64,000 nucleotides of DNA from Alphaproteobacteria bacterium UBA3002. GTDB taxonomy: Bacteria > Pseudomonadota > Alphaproteobacteria > Rickettsiales > UBA3002. Both the position numbers and the translations under genes were made by a program. Numbering within the stretch: the stretch's first letter is position 1; every line of letters starts with the position of its first letter. Where the stretch lies: positions 45,835 to 109,834 of the forward strand of contig DDZS01000035.1 of assembly GCA_002346425.1 (NCBI GenBank). The letters run 5' to 3'. The notes beneath the pieces were generated by a model, which was given only the letters and a program-made list of their open reading frames with translations, had not been told where the DNA came from and did no database searches. Positions 42,891 through 52,812 of this stretch are shown here, piece after piece.

Positions 42891-43826
42891 CTAATCAAAA
42901 AGCGATGAAACGGAGGTTTCCTGGCTAATCCTTAGGATCGCTTCGCCCAGTAACGGAGCCACCGACATCACGCGGATGCGTTTGGCGGCTTTCACCGCAT
43001 CGGTCACCGCAATAGTGTCGGTAATTACTAGCGAATCGAGCACGGAATTCTCAACGCGCTCAATCGCTTTGCCGGATAACACGCCATGCGTAATATAGGC
43101 CGAAACCGAAACCGCACCCTTATCTTTCAGCGCTGCGGCGGCATTGCATAATGTTCCCGCGGAATCCGCGATATCGTCGAATAAGATACATTCACGGCCA
43201 GAGACATCCCCAATGACATGCATGACTTCGGATTCGCCCGGCTGATCGCGGCGTTTGTCGACGATGGCCAGTTGCGAGCCAATTTTGGTCGCCAGCGACC
43301 GCGCACGTACCACGCCGCCGACGTCCGGCGAGACAATCATAATATTCGATGGGTCGCTATAATGTTCTTTAATGTCATTGACGATCACCGGTCGCGCGAA
43401 CAAATGATCGAGCGGGATATCGAAAAAGCCCTGAATCTGTCCGGCATGTAAGTCGATGGTCAAAATACGATCTACCCCAGCAGAGGTCAGGATATTCGCC
43501 ACCAGCTTCGCTGAAATCGGCGTACGCGGACCAGGCTTGCGGTCTTGCCGTGCGTATCCGAAATAAGGCATCACGGCAGTAATCCGCCGCGCCGAGGCGC
43601 GTTTCAGCGCGTCAATACAGATCAACAATTCCATGATATGGTCATTGGCCGGATAGGACGTCGACTGCAGAATAAACACGTCTTCGCCGCGTACATTCTC
43701 ATGAATTTCGACAAAAATTTCATTATCCGCGAAGCGGCGAACGCTGGCTTCCGTCAGCGGACATTCCAGATAATCCGAGACGGCCTGCGCCAGTTCGGGA
43801 TTACTATTACAGGCAAGGATTTTCAT
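42891..43826 (-). CDS. prs: ribose-phosphate pyrophosphokinase
   Basis: Start at [13 protein letters not shown] (ATG at 43826). [21 protein letters not shown] and the PRPP-binding loop DDIADSAGT are present. The longer ORF to 43934 would overlap uvrC. Confidence 0.94.
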   Translation of the reverse strand: MKILACNSNPELAQAVSDYLECPLTEASVRRFADNEIFVEIHENVRGEDVFILQSTSYPANDHIMELLICIDALKRASARRITAVMPYFGYARQDRKPGPRTPISAKLVANILTSAGVDRILTIDLHAGQIQGFFDIPLDHLFARPVIVNDIKEHYSDPSNIMIVSPDVGGVVRARSLATKIGSQLAIVDKRRDQPGESEVMHVIGDVSGRECILFDDIADSAGTLCNAAAALKDKGAVSVSAYITHGVLSGKAIERVENSVLDSLVITDTIAVTDAVKAAKRIRVMSVAPLLGEAILRISQETSVSSLFD

Positions 43827-43916
43827 GGGGCCGATCCATAACTCTCCAATAGCATTTCGACAAGTAAATTCCGGCAAGCGCTGGTCTTTTATCGCGTGAG
43901 CGCTTACATTTCGCTT

Positions 43917-45764
43917 ATGACCAGTCCCCTGCAAGGCACCGCGGCAATCAAAGCGGCGTTAAAGGATATTCCCAATAAGCCGGGGGTGTATCGCATGATG
44001 AATGCAGAGGGCGATATTCTCTATGTCGGCAAAGCGAAGCATTTAAAAAACCGCGTCAGTTCCTATGCGCAGGCACGGCAGGCGACGTATCGCATCATGA
44101 AGATGATCGAACAGGTCAGCCGGGTCGAGGTTACCGAAGCCGCCAACGAAGCCGAAGCGCTACTGATGGAAGCGAGCCTGATTAAGCGCCACAGTCCGCG
44201 CTATAATATTCTGCTCAAAGACGACAAAAGCTTTCCCTATATTTTTATCGATGGCGAGCATGACTTCCCGCGCATTCGCAAACATCGCGGCGCGCAAACT
44301 GCAAAGGGGCAATATTTCGGTCCTTTTGCCAGTGTCGGTGCGGTGAATGAATCCTTGGCGATCCTGCAAAAGGCTTTTTTGCTGCGCCCGTGTAGTGATT
44401 CGGTGCTCGCCAATCGCTCCCGTCCCTGCCTGCAATATCAAATCAAACGCTGCTCTGCTCCCTGCGTCGGCTATATCAGCAAACAAGCCTATGCCGACAG
44501 TTTGGAAGAGGCGGTACAATTTCTAAAAGGCAAAAGCCGCGACGTACAAGAGCGCTTTGCGCAATTGATGCAGCAACACAGCGACGCGATGGAATTTGAA
44601 CAGGCCGCCGCTTATCGTGACCGCATTCACGCGCTGACACGTGTACAGCAGGAACAAGGGCTGTACGCCGCGGGCATGCAGGATGCCGATGTGATTGCGC
44701 TGCAATTCACGCCTGCCGGGTCGGGCATCCAGGTGTTATTTTTCCGCGGCGGCAACCATTTTGGCAGCCAGATGTTTTACCCTAAACATGGGGATGACGA
44801 AACCGCGGAAGCCGTTATGGCCGGATTTCTAGGGCAATTTTACCAAACGCATACCCCGCCCGGGGAAATTCTGGTCAATCAGATGCCGGAAGAGGCGAGC
44901 TTGCTGACCGAGGCATTGGGAATGCGTGCCGAGCGCAGAGTCTCGCTGCATTTGCCCATCCGCGGCGACAAAAAGCAACTGGTCGAGCAAGCCTCAGCCA
45001 ATGCCAACGCCGCGCTTGAGCGTCATTTGAACGCAAGAATGAGCGAGAAACGTCAGCTGGAAACACTAGGCAAGGTCTTTGGCCTCGACGACGTGCCGCA
45101 GCGCATCGAAGTCTATGATAATAGCCACATCATGGGCACCAACGCGCTCGGCGCGATGATTGTTGCGACGCCTGAAGGCTTTGACAAAAAATCCTATCGC
45201 AAATTCAACATCAAGGACGTGACTACCGAACCCGGCGACGATTATGCGATGATGCGCGAAGTGTTTCGCCGCCGCTTCGCGCGCCTGCAAAAAGAAGATC
45301 CCGACCGCACCCAAGGCCAATGGCCAGATATCGTACTGATCGATGGTGGGTTGGGACAGCTTTCCGCCGTTACGCAAGTTTTCGAAGATTTAGGCGTCAC
45401 GGATTTGTGTTACGTTGCCATCGCCAAAGGCCCGCAGCGCAATGCGGGGCGGGAACAGTTTTTTATGCCAAACATGCAGCCGTTTACTCTGCCCCCAGGC
45501 GATCCGGCGCTGCATTACCTGCAACGCTTGCGAGACGAGGCGCATCGCTTTGCCATCGGCTCGCATCGGCAGAAACGCAGCAAATCGCTGACCCATTCGG
45601 CACTCGATGACATTCCGGGCATCGGCTCTACACGCAAACGTGCGCTTTTACATCATTTCGGGTCAAAAAAAGGTGTTGAACGCGCTTCTTTAGCCGAATT
45701 GAAAAAGGTTCCCGGCATCAGCCAGGCGGTTGCCGAGCAAATTTATGGCTGGTTTCATGGATAG
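43917..45764 (+). CDS. uvrC: excinuclease ABC subunit C
   Basis: GIY-YIG ([26 protein letters not shown]), UVR domain (FEQAAAYRD), endonuclease and HhH C terminus. An alternative GTG start is at 43896. Confidence 0.95.
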   Translation: MTSPLQGTAAIKAALKDIPNKPGVYRMMNAEGDILYVGKAKHLKNRVSSYAQARQATYRIMKMIEQVSRVEVTEAANEAEALLMEASLIKRHSPRYNILLKDDKSFPYIFIDGEHDFPRIRKHRGAQTAKGQYFGPFASVGAVNESLAILQKAFLLRPCSDSVLANRSRPCLQYQIKRCSAPCVGYISKQAYADSLEEAVQFLKGKSRDVQERFAQLMQQHSDAMEFEQAAAYRDRIHALTRVQQEQGLYAAGMQDADVIALQFTPAGSGIQVLFFRGGNHFGSQMFYPKHGDDETAEAVMAGFLGQFYQTHTPPGEILVNQMPEEASLLTEALGMRAERRVSLHLPIRGDKKQLVEQASANANAALERHLNARMSEKRQLETLGKVFGLDDVPQRIEVYDNSHIMGTNALGAMIVATPEGFDKKSYRKFNIKDVTTEPGDDYAMMREVFRRRFARLQKEDPDRTQGQWPDIVLIDGGLGQLSAVTQVFEDLGVTDLCYVAIAKGPQRNAGREQFFMPNMQPFTLPPGDPALHYLQRLRDEAHRFAIGSHRQKRSKSLTHSALDDIPGIGSTRKRALLHHFGSKKGVERASLAELKKVPGISQAVAEQIYGWFHG

Positions 45765-45804
45765 TGATTGCCAGAAGCCGAAATTCCGGGTTGAGTAGCA
45801 TCCT

Positions 45805-46344
45805 ATGAAGCCCGTCATCCCTAATCTACTTACCTTTAGCCGCTTTGCCTGCGTGCCATTGCTGCTGATCGTCTGGTATGCGGTGCCTGACATCACATGG
45901 TTACCCCTGGTATTAATGGTCTATGCCTGTGTGACCGACTTTTTCGATGGCTATCTGGCACGCAGATGGAAGGCGCAGTCAGAGCTTGGGCGTATGCTTG
46001 ACCCGAATGCCGATAAGCTGTTGATCGCCACCGCGCTGGCGTTACTGACCGCCAACGGTCTCGCCCATCCGGCAGCGGTGGCATTGATCTTATGCCGTGA
46101 ATTATTCATCTCCGCTTTGCGCGAATTTATGGCAGATCGCAATGTGACCGTTCATGTCACGCAACTGGCTAAATGGAAAACGACCGTGCAGATGACCGCT
46201 ATTCTGATCTTGCTCGCGGTTCCGGTCTTGCCTGAATGGCCATTGGCGGTCATTGGCGACCGCATGTTATGGCTGGCCACTGCGCTGACCTTAATCACCG
46301 GATGGAATTACTGGACCGGCGCAAAACGCCATTTTCAGTCTTAA
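45805..46344 (+). CDS. pgsA: CDP-diacylglycerol--glycerol-3-phosphate 3-phosphatidyltransferase
   Basis: CDP-alcohol phosphatidyltransferase motif DFFDGYLARRW...G..LDP.ADK and several TM helices. Confidence 0.9.
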   Translation: MKPVIPNLLTFSRFACVPLLLIVWYAVPDITWLPLVLMVYACVTDFFDGYLARRWKAQSELGRMLDPNADKLLIATALALLTANGLAHPAAVALILCRELFISALREFMADRNVTVHVTQLAKWKTTVQMTAILILLAVPVLPEWPLAVIGDRMLWLATALTLITGWNYWTGAKRHFQS

Positions 46345-47216
46345 CGATTGACCAACGCGCTATAATCCGCCTGCACCTGTTTCGTTACTTGTCCTATCTC
46401 GAACTCTTTCGCATCGATAGACGCGATCGGAGTAATTTCCGCCGCCGTTCCCGTCAAGAAGGCTTCAGTAGCCTGCGCGATTTCTTCCGGTTTAATATGA
46501 CGTTCGATCACCTCAATCCCGCGGTCTTTTAACAGGCCAATCACCGTGCGGCGGGTAATGCCGTCCAAGAAACAATCCGGCGTTGGGGTGTGAATCTTGC
46601 CGTCGATCAGAAAGAAAATATTGGCACCCGTCGCTTCGGCCACGAAGCCGCGCCAATCGAGCATCAGTGCATCGTGATAGCCCTCACGCTCAACGGCGTG
46701 CTTGCTCATGGTGCAAATCATATAGAGCCCGGCAGCCTTACTCGCGCAAGGAGCTGTCTCGGGTGACGGGCGACGCCAGGGCGAGGTTTTCATTTTGATG
46801 CCCTCAGATTTTACGCCTGAGGCTTTATACATATTCGGCCAATCCCAACAGGCGATAGCGGCATGGATGGTGTTATGCTGCGCTGAGATCGCCATCATTT
46901 CCGATCCGCGCCAGGCTATGCGGCGCACATACCCATTCACCACGCCTTGTTTGGCAATCAATTCGTTGACCGCCGCATTCATGACTTCGGCGCTATAAGG
47001 AATTTCAAAACCGACCAATTCGGCGGAGCGGTGTAGACGCTCGCCATGCTCTTCCAGCTTAAACACTTTACCGTTATAGACGCGCTCACCTTCAAAAACC
47101 GAACTGCCATAATGCAAACCGTGGCTTAACACATGCAGTTTCGCCTCGCGCCACGGCACAAACTCGCCGTTTTTCCAGATATAGCCGTCGCGATCGTCGA
47201 AGGGAATGATTTCCAT
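46341..47216 (-). CDS. ilvE: branched-chain amino acid aminotransferase (class IV)
   Basis: 291 aa with GLHYGSSVFEGERVY and the class IV fold pattern. Its stop codon overlaps the pgsA stop. Confidence 0.9.
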   Translation of the reverse strand: MEIIPFDDRDGYIWKNGEFVPWREAKLHVLSHGLHYGSSVFEGERVYNGKVFKLEEHGERLHRSAELVGFEIPYSAEVMNAAVNELIAKQGVVNGYVRRIAWRGSEMMAISAQHNTIHAAIACWDWPNMYKASGVKSEGIKMKTSPWRRPSPETAPCASKAAGLYMICTMSKHAVEREGYHDALMLDWRGFVAEATGANIFFLIDGKIHTPTPDCFLDGITRRTVIGLLKDRGIEVIERHIKPEEIAQATEAFLTGTAAEITPIASIDAKEFEIGQVTKQVQADYSALVNR

Positions 47217-47289
47217 ATTTGCATCCTGAACTTAGTTAGGAGTTTAGTTATACCGTGAATTGAAGCCGAGACAAGTTCGGCATGACAGA

Positions 47290-48039
47290 TTATTTTTTCA
47301 GCATGATCGCCGAAACCTGCCGACCATAATCGCTCTCTCGCCGGTGCGTGGCGCGGCGAAAACTATAAAACTGATCTTCGTTGCTATAGGTATCCATCCC
47401 GATTTCATCGAGTTTTTTCAGCCCGGCCTTAGCCAGACGCGCGGCGATATATCCCGGTAAATCGAACCGGAAATGGCTAAGCTGCGTGGGGCTGGAGACG
47501 AAGAAACGTTCGCGGTCCTCTTTCGGGAAACGGCTATGAAATACGGCATCGACCTCGTAGCTGCGCTGGCGAATGGTAGGCCCCACCGCCGCGATGATCT
47601 GGCTACGTTTAGCGCCAAGGGCGACCATTACGTCGATCGTCGCTTCCAGCACCCCCCCGACAGCGCCTTTCCAGCCAGCATGTGCCGCTCCAATAATGCC
47701 TGCATTCGGATCAGCGAAAAGCACCGGCCCACAATCGGCCGTTAAAATGCCGAGCGCGATTCCTGGCCGTGTCGTGACCATGGCATCCGCTTCAAAACGT
47801 TCGGTCCCGGTTTCCACCTGCACCACGGTTTTGCCATGCACCTGATGCTGGGTTACCAGTTTGCCCCCCATATGCTCGGCGACGCGGTTGCGGTTTTCCG
47901 CAACCGATTCCGAATCGTCATCGGATCCGTTCCCGCAATTCAGCGACGCGTATACCCCCTCGCTCACCCCACCTTCACGAGTGTAGAAACCATGCGCGAT
48001 GCCCGCGCATTCACTCAGCGCGTTCGAGAGGATCCGCAT
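47290..48039 (-). CDS. pgeF: peptidoglycan editing factor PgeF / YfiH (DUF152, laccase-like)
   Basis: HGFYTREGG, TADCGPVLF and GAAHAGWKG motifs. Confidence 0.88.
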   Translation of the reverse strand: MRILSNALSECAGIAHGFYTREGGVSEGVYASLNCGNGSDDDSESVAENRNRVAEHMGGKLVTQHQVHGKTVVQVETGTERFEADAMVTTRPGIALGILTADCGPVLFADPNAGIIGAAHAGWKGAVGGVLEATIDVMVALGAKRSQIIAAVGPTIRQRSYEVDAVFHSRFPKEDRERFFVSSPTQLSHFRFDLPGYIAARLAKAGLKKLDEIGMDTYSNEDQFYSFRRATHRRESDYGRQVSAIMLKK

Positions 48040-49105
48040 GAAAACCTGCCGGGGTGAGAGAATGATCGGCGGTGATGCCGAGCACTTTAAAGAGGCTGCC
48101 CATCTGGTTCGGGTCGATCAGACGTTTGGCGCCTTCGATCAATTCAGCGCCCTCCTCTTCGCTGGCATCTTGCAGCAATGCACCAATGCGCGCTTCGGCG
48201 CCGAGGCGCACGAGAAACGCCCCCTGATCCACCGGACCATGCACGGCACAGCCATGGCTTTCTGCCACTTCGCGCAAGGTCGCAAAATCGACATGGGCGG
48301 TCAAATCCGCGTTACCCGGGTCTTTAAGCACATGGTGAAATGCGTGATTTTTCACTGCTTGCAACGTGTCCTGATGTGCCTGCCCCAGATAACCGTAATC
48401 AATGGTCAAAATCGCGCCGCCAAATTCGGCAATATGGTCGCAAAGCCGACCCAATATCTCTTTGCTCGCCTGCGAGCTTTCGATGATTGTGCCGACGGGA
48501 ATATCGCTATCGCTACGGGCCAGGCTTAAGCCCTGTTGCTTTAGCTCAAAACACAGCTGGTTGCTTTCACGGTCGATGCCAATGCAACGCTCTTTCATGC
48601 CTTCGGCGGTTTGCACATATTGCCGGATCGGTAGCGCATCGAAGAATTCATTAGCGATAATCAGGCACGGCTCTTCCGGCAGATGGTCGATGGTTTCTTC
48701 CCATTCGATGCGGTCATGGGCGTTTTGCAGGGTATAAAATTGCGCCGTCTGTAGCACCGGGCTGGTTTCGATCATTTGCACAGTCAGGTGATTGTGAAAT
48801 TCGGGAATGTTCCGCGTTGCGCGCAGCGCATCCTGCATTAACGTGCCGCGTCCCGGTCCCAGTTCCACCAGCGAAGCGGGTCCACCGCCGGATTGTATCC
48901 AAAGATCGGCGCACCAGATGCCGATCAGCTCGCCAAAGATCTGACAGATTTCCGGGGCGGTAATAAAATCACCCCGAGTGCCGAAAGGATCCTGCTTGAT
49001 GTAATAGCCGAATTGCGGGTGACTAAGGCATAATTGCATATAGTCCGATACGCTGATCGGTCCCTGCTCGCGAATGCGGTCTTTGATAATGGTTTCGAGT
49101 GTCAT
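48011..49105 (-). CDS. class I SAM-dependent methyltransferase, DUF185 / NDUFAF7 (MidA) homologue
   Basis: GDFITAPEI...FGE, LVELGPGRGTLM, and 364 aa length. It overlaps the pgeF start by 29 nt and the lgt stop by 4 nt. Confidence 0.85.
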   Translation of the reverse strand: MTLETIIKDRIREQGPISVSDYMQLCLSHPQFGYYIKQDPFGTRGDFITAPEICQIFGELIGIWCADLWIQSGGGPASLVELGPGRGTLMQDALRATRNIPEFHNHLTVQMIETSPVLQTAQFYTLQNAHDRIEWEETIDHLPEEPCLIIANEFFDALPIRQYVQTAEGMKERCIGIDRESNQLCFELKQQGLSLARSDSDIPVGTIIESSQASKEILGRLCDHIAEFGGAILTIDYGYLGQAHQDTLQAVKNHAFHHVLKDPGNADLTAHVDFATLREVAESHGCAVHGPVDQGAFLVRLGAEARIGALLQDASEEEGAELIEGAKRLIDPNQMGSLFKVLGITADHSLTPAGFHADPLERAE

Positions 49106-49923
49106 GCGGCAGATGTAGGTCGTTTACGCGTGGCATGCCAGACCAAAAATAGTCCGATGGCGATCATCGGCAGGCACAGTATCTGGCCCATGGTGATGCC
49201 TGGAATAATAAAACCGAGATGCGCGTCCGGCTCACGGAACAACTCGACAAAGGCGCGCGAGAGGCCATAGCCAATCAGGAATAAACCTGAAAGCATGCCC
49301 AATTGGTAACGGATGCCGGTATGCAGCCGCAGCAGGTTCAATACTGCGAAAAGCAGCAATCCTTCCAGTGCCGCTTCGTAGAGCTGGCTTGGATGGCGCG
49401 GCAAGGGGCCGCCATCGGGGAACACCATCGCCCAAGGCACGTCTGGCGCAATGCGTCCGAATAATTCGCCATTGATGAAATTGGCCAGCCGCCCGAAAAA
49501 CAACCCGATCGGCGCGATACAGGCGATTTGGTCCATCAGCTCAAGATACGAAATCTTTTGTCGCCGCGCGAAAATGTAAAAGGCGAGAATCAACCCCAGC
49601 AACCCACCGTGAAACGACATGCCGCCCTCCCAGATGGCAAGAATCTCACCGGGATTGGCCAGAAAATAGGCTGGCTTATAAAACAGCACATAGCCCAAAC
49701 GCCCACCTAGCAAAATCCCGCCGATGGCCCACGCCATCAAATCGTCGCTATGCTTATCGCTGATCAAGGCTGGCGTGCGCGCTCGGTTGATGCGTTTCAG
49801 CATCCACGCACCCAGCACTACCCCTGCCAAATAAGCCAGCGAATACCAGCGAATGGCGATCGGGCCAAGCTGCACTGCCACCGGATCGATTTGGGGGTAG
49901 GTTAACGCAAGCAGGCTAAACAT
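49102..49923 (-). CDS. lgt: prolipoprotein diacylglyceryl transferase
   Basis: IRWYSLAYLAG, GGMSFHGGLLG, GR.ANFINGEL.GR and HPSQLYEA motifs. Confidence 0.95.
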   Translation of the reverse strand: MFSLLALTYPQIDPVAVQLGPIAIRWYSLAYLAGVVLGAWMLKRINRARTPALISDKHSDDLMAWAIGGILLGGRLGYVLFYKPAYFLANPGEILAIWEGGMSFHGGLLGLILAFYIFARRQKISYLELMDQIACIAPIGLFFGRLANFINGELFGRIAPDVPWAMVFPDGGPLPRHPSQLYEAALEGLLLFAVLNLLRLHTGIRYQLGMLSGLFLIGYGLSRAFVELFREPDAHLGFIIPGITMGQILCLPMIAIGLFLVWHATRKRPTSAA

Positions 49924-50915
49924 TAAAAATACGGATCAGCCTGATTCAGATGCTGCTGCACATAATCGGTGATGCCTTCTTCGAGCGAATGGAAGGGATG
50001 CTTATATCCCGCTTCCCGTAGCCGGTTCATTTTGGCTTCGGTGAGATATTGGTATTTTTCTTTAATCTCTTCCGGCATGTCGACGAAGCTGATTTTCGGC
50101 TCGCGCTTCAGCGCGGTAAAGACGGCCTTGGCCAAATCTTCAAATGTCCGCGCCTCGCCAGTGCCTAAATTAAATAGGCCGCTTTTTTCGGGATGCTCAA
50201 GAAACCAGCGCATCACTTTCGTGCAGTCTTTCACATAAACGAAGTCGCGCTTTTGCCCGCCATCTGGATAGTTTTTATTGTAGGATTTGAACAATTTCAC
50301 CGGACGCCCCGCGGCAGCATGCGGGAAAATCTGCGCGGCGACGCTTTTTTGCCCGCCTTTGTGATATTCATTCGGCCCATAGACATTAAAAAATTTCAGC
50401 CCCACCCATTGCGGCGGAACTTTATCGCCGCGACGCACGGAGTTGCTGACATATTGGTCGAATAATAATTTGCTCCACCCATAGGCATTCATCGGGCGCA
50501 GGCTGGTTAGATAATTGGCATCGACTTCATCGTTAAATCCCTGCTCGCCATTACCATAAGTCGCCGCCGAAGACGCATAAATGAAAGGTTTTTCATTTTG
50601 CGCGCACCAGTTCCATAATTGTTTAGAGAAGTTGAAGTTATTTTCTAAGATCAGATCAACATCGGTTTCCGTGGTCGACGAAATCGCCCCGAGATGCACG
50701 ACTGCTTTGATATTTTCCACCTGACTTTCCAGCCAGAAAAACGAGTCTTCCGGGGAGATAATCTCAAAAATCTGGTGTTTGCTTAAGTTACGCCACTTCT
50801 CTGTCGACCCAAACCGATCGCATACCACGGCGCGATAATCTTCTTTATCTGCGATTTCATTGGCCAATACCGAACCGATAAAGCCAGCACCGCCTGTGAC
50901 GAGAACCCGTTGCAT
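49923..50915 (-). CDS. hldD: ADP-L-glycero-D-manno-heptose 6-epimerase
   Basis: VTGGAGFIGS, ASSAATYG, Y..SK and FFNVYGPNEYHKG. It is collinear with E. coli HldD by eye. Confidence 0.88.
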   Translation of the reverse strand: MQRVLVTGGAGFIGSVLANEIADKEDYRAVVCDRFGSTEKWRNLSKHQIFEIISPEDSFFWLESQVENIKAVVHLGAISSTTETDVDLILENNFNFSKQLWNWCAQNEKPFIYASSAATYGNGEQGFNDEVDANYLTSLRPMNAYGWSKLLFDQYVSNSVRRGDKVPPQWVGLKFFNVYGPNEYHKGGQKSVAAQIFPHAAAGRPVKLFKSYNKNYPDGGQKRDFVYVKDCTKVMRWFLEHPEKSGLFNLGTGEARTFEDLAKAVFTALKREPKISFVDMPEEIKEKYQYLTEAKMNRLREAGYKHPFHSLEEGITDYVQQHLNQADPYF

Positions 50916-50987
50916 TTCATACCTCCGCTTCCTACATTAGGTGTAAGGCATAATGCGCCGAACAACAAGCGGCAATGGAGCAGAGCT

Positions 50988-51233
50988 ATGGACAAGGGAT
51001 CGACCTTTTTTGACGACTTAAGCAAACTGGCAACGGGTGCGGCGGGCTCGTTTCGGGAAATGGGCCGAGAAATGGAAAAAACTGTACGTCATCAGGTAGA
51101 TGCGTTTTTAGAACGCAGCAATCTTGTTACTCGGGAAGAATTTGAAGTTGTGCGCGCCATGGCCGAGAAAGCCCGCGCGGAAAACGAACAGTTGCGCATC
51201 GAACTGGAAGCGCTGAAAAACAAGGCGTCTTAA
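50988..51233 (+). CDS. ubiK: accessory factor UbiK / BMFP family coiled-coil protein
   Basis: Start at MDKGSTFFDDLSKLATGAAG. The region LVTREEFEVVRAMAEKARAENEQL is typical of the family. Length is 81 aa. Confidence 0.75.
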   Translation: MDKGSTFFDDLSKLATGAAGSFREMGREMEKTVRHQVDAFLERSNLVTREEFEVVRAMAEKARAENEQLRIELEALKNKAS

Positions 51234-51308
51234 GCCATATTTAGCGATTTTTACTAAGCGAATAATCTATATCTTGTGGTTTTTTCCCCCGACCCCATAG
51301 AAATCCTT

Positions 51309-51337
51309 TTGAGCAGATGCACAAAATATGGTGTAAT
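51309..51337 (+). promoter_or_regulatory. candidate sigma70-type promoter for ybjN-like/proC
   Basis: TTGAGC, a 17 nt spacer, then TGTAAT. It is followed by a leader hairpin gccgga-gct-tccggc (51344-51358). By-eye call only. Confidence 0.3.
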
Positions 51338-51382
51338 GCGTTTGCCGGAGCTTCCGGCTAACCGTCATATCAGGGAGGCCTT

Positions 51383-51883
51383 ATGACCACTCTTCATTCC
51401 CACGAAAACCAAGAATATAATCCGTTAGATGTCGCTGAAGCATTGTTCGAATCCCGTGATTGGCTATTCGATCGTCCGTTTGAAGAAGAATTAATTGCCG
51501 ATATCGCCGGCGCCTGGTGCCATTATCGCGTATGGTGTGCCTGGCAACCGGATCTGGAAGTGATGAGCTTCTCCTGTTCGTTCGATAGCAAAGTGCCGGA
51601 TCATTCGATCGCGAAACTCTATCCGCTCCTAGGATCAATCAATGAGAAGATGTGGCTGGGCCATTTCGATATCTGTAGCGAAGAAAAGCTGATCACCTTC
51701 CGCCACGCATTATTGCTACGCGGCGGCAAAGGCGCCACACCGGAGCAGATTGAAGACCTGATCGATATCGCTATCCATGAATGTGACCGTTTTTACCCAG
51801 CGTTCCAATCGGTGATCTGGGGCAATGAACAATTTAATCAGGCGCTAGAAATTGCGTTGATGGACACTGTAGGAGAAGCTTAG
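51383..51883 (+). CDS. YbjN domain-containing protein (putative sensory transduction/chaperone-like)
   Basis: 166 aa, acidic. The pattern and the position immediately upstream of proC match what I recall for alphaproteobacterial YbjN-family genes. Confidence 0.65.
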   Translation: MTTLHSHENQEYNPLDVAEALFESRDWLFDRPFEEELIADIAGAWCHYRVWCAWQPDLEVMSFSCSFDSKVPDHSIAKLYPLLGSINEKMWLGHFDICSEEKLITFRHALLLRGGKGATPEQIEDLIDIAIHECDRFYPAFQSVIWGNEQFNQALEIALMDTVGEA

Positions 51884-51887
51884 ACCT

Positions 51888-52709
51888 GTGTTAGACACCC
51901 AACACCCCCTTCTCGTGATCGGCGGCGGCAACATGGCGCAGGCGATGATTTCCGGCTGGCTAAATTCCGGCTTTATCACTGCTGAAGCGCTCTGCGTTGT
52001 CGACCGCCATCCCGAATGCATCGAAGCAATGCAAAAGCAATGGGGGTTTGCGGTAGCCGATGCAATGGATGCGTTCAAAGATCGCGCCTTTGCGATGGTG
52101 ATGCTTGCCGTGAAACCGCAGATCGTGTCGCAGGTATTACCAGAATTGACGGAGCATTTTGCATCCGCCAATCCGCTTATCACCAGCGTTGCTGCCGGGG
52201 TGCCTATAGCGGTTTATGAAAAGGGCAGCTGGCCCGATGCGGCTGTCTGCCGGATCATGCCAAACACACCCGCCGCGGTTGGTGAAGGCATGAGCATGGC
52301 AGCATATAATGCGCACTGCACGGAAGCACACAAATCACTCGTGCAATCGGCATGCGAATCCTTTGGCGCTTACACGCAAGTTGACGAAGACGATCTTCAC
52401 ACCGGCACCGCCGTTGCGGGTAGCGGTCCTGCTTATATTTTCTACCTGATGGAGCAGCTGATTTCCTGTGCCATGAGCGAAGGGTTAGATGAAGCGCAAG
52501 CCCGATTACTCGTCACCCAAACGGTGAAAGGCGCTGCCAGTTTTGCCCAAGCGTCTGACCTGCCTATTTCGCAGTTGCGAAAGAATGTAACAAGCCCAAA
52601 TGGCACCACGCAAGCCGGGCTTGAACAACTTATGTGTGCCGATCTGGAACAGATATTACAGCGCACCATTCGTGCCGCAAAGACACGGTCGGAAGAACTC
52701 GCCGCCTGA
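51888..52709 (+). CDS. proC: pyrroline-5-carboxylate reductase
   Basis: GTG start. IGGGNMAQAMISG, RIMPNTPA and SPNGTT motifs are present. Confidence 0.93.
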   Translation: MLDTQHPLLVIGGGNMAQAMISGWLNSGFITAEALCVVDRHPECIEAMQKQWGFAVADAMDAFKDRAFAMVMLAVKPQIVSQVLPELTEHFASANPLITSVAAGVPIAVYEKGSWPDAAVCRIMPNTPAAVGEGMSMAAYNAHCTEAHKSLVQSACESFGAYTQVDEDDLHTGTAVAGSGPAYIFYLMEQLISCAMSEGLDEAQARLLVTQTVKGAASFAQASDLPISQLRKNVTSPNGTTQAGLEQLMCADLEQILQRTIRAAKTRSEELAA

Positions 52710-52730
52710 TTTTTGTGCGGCGCACAAAAA
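52710..52730. promoter_or_regulatory. perfect 21 bp palindrome TTTTTGTGCG-G-CGCACAAAAA (core TGC-N3-GCA)
   Basis: Read directly from the sequence. It begins 1 nt after the proC stop and lies 83 nt upstream of the phasin ATG. There is no U-tail, so it is not a classical terminator. Confidence 0.35.
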
Positions 52731-52760
52731 CGCTTGACCCACCCTTCTTTTTTTGACATA

Positions 52761-52771
52761 TTGCAATGCAA
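52761..52771. promoter_or_regulatory. second palindrome TTGCA-A-TGCAA (core TGC-N3-GCA) next to a consensus TTGACA hexamer (52753-52758)
   Basis: Read directly from the sequence, in the phasin upstream region. Confidence 0.3.
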
Positions 52772-52812
52772 CACGAAAGTGTCTTTTTAAAATTTTGGAA
52801 GGAGTCCTGATC

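Noticed and set aside
43827-43934. Long N-terminal extension of prs
   Set aside because: It would overlap the divergent uvrC start region. The canonical Prs N terminus ([13 protein letters not shown]) begins at 43826.
52710-52730. Intrinsic terminator for proC
   Set aside because: The perfect hairpin's 3' arm ends in A-runs on both strands and no U-tail follows. I treat it as a possible operator or RNA hairpin instead.
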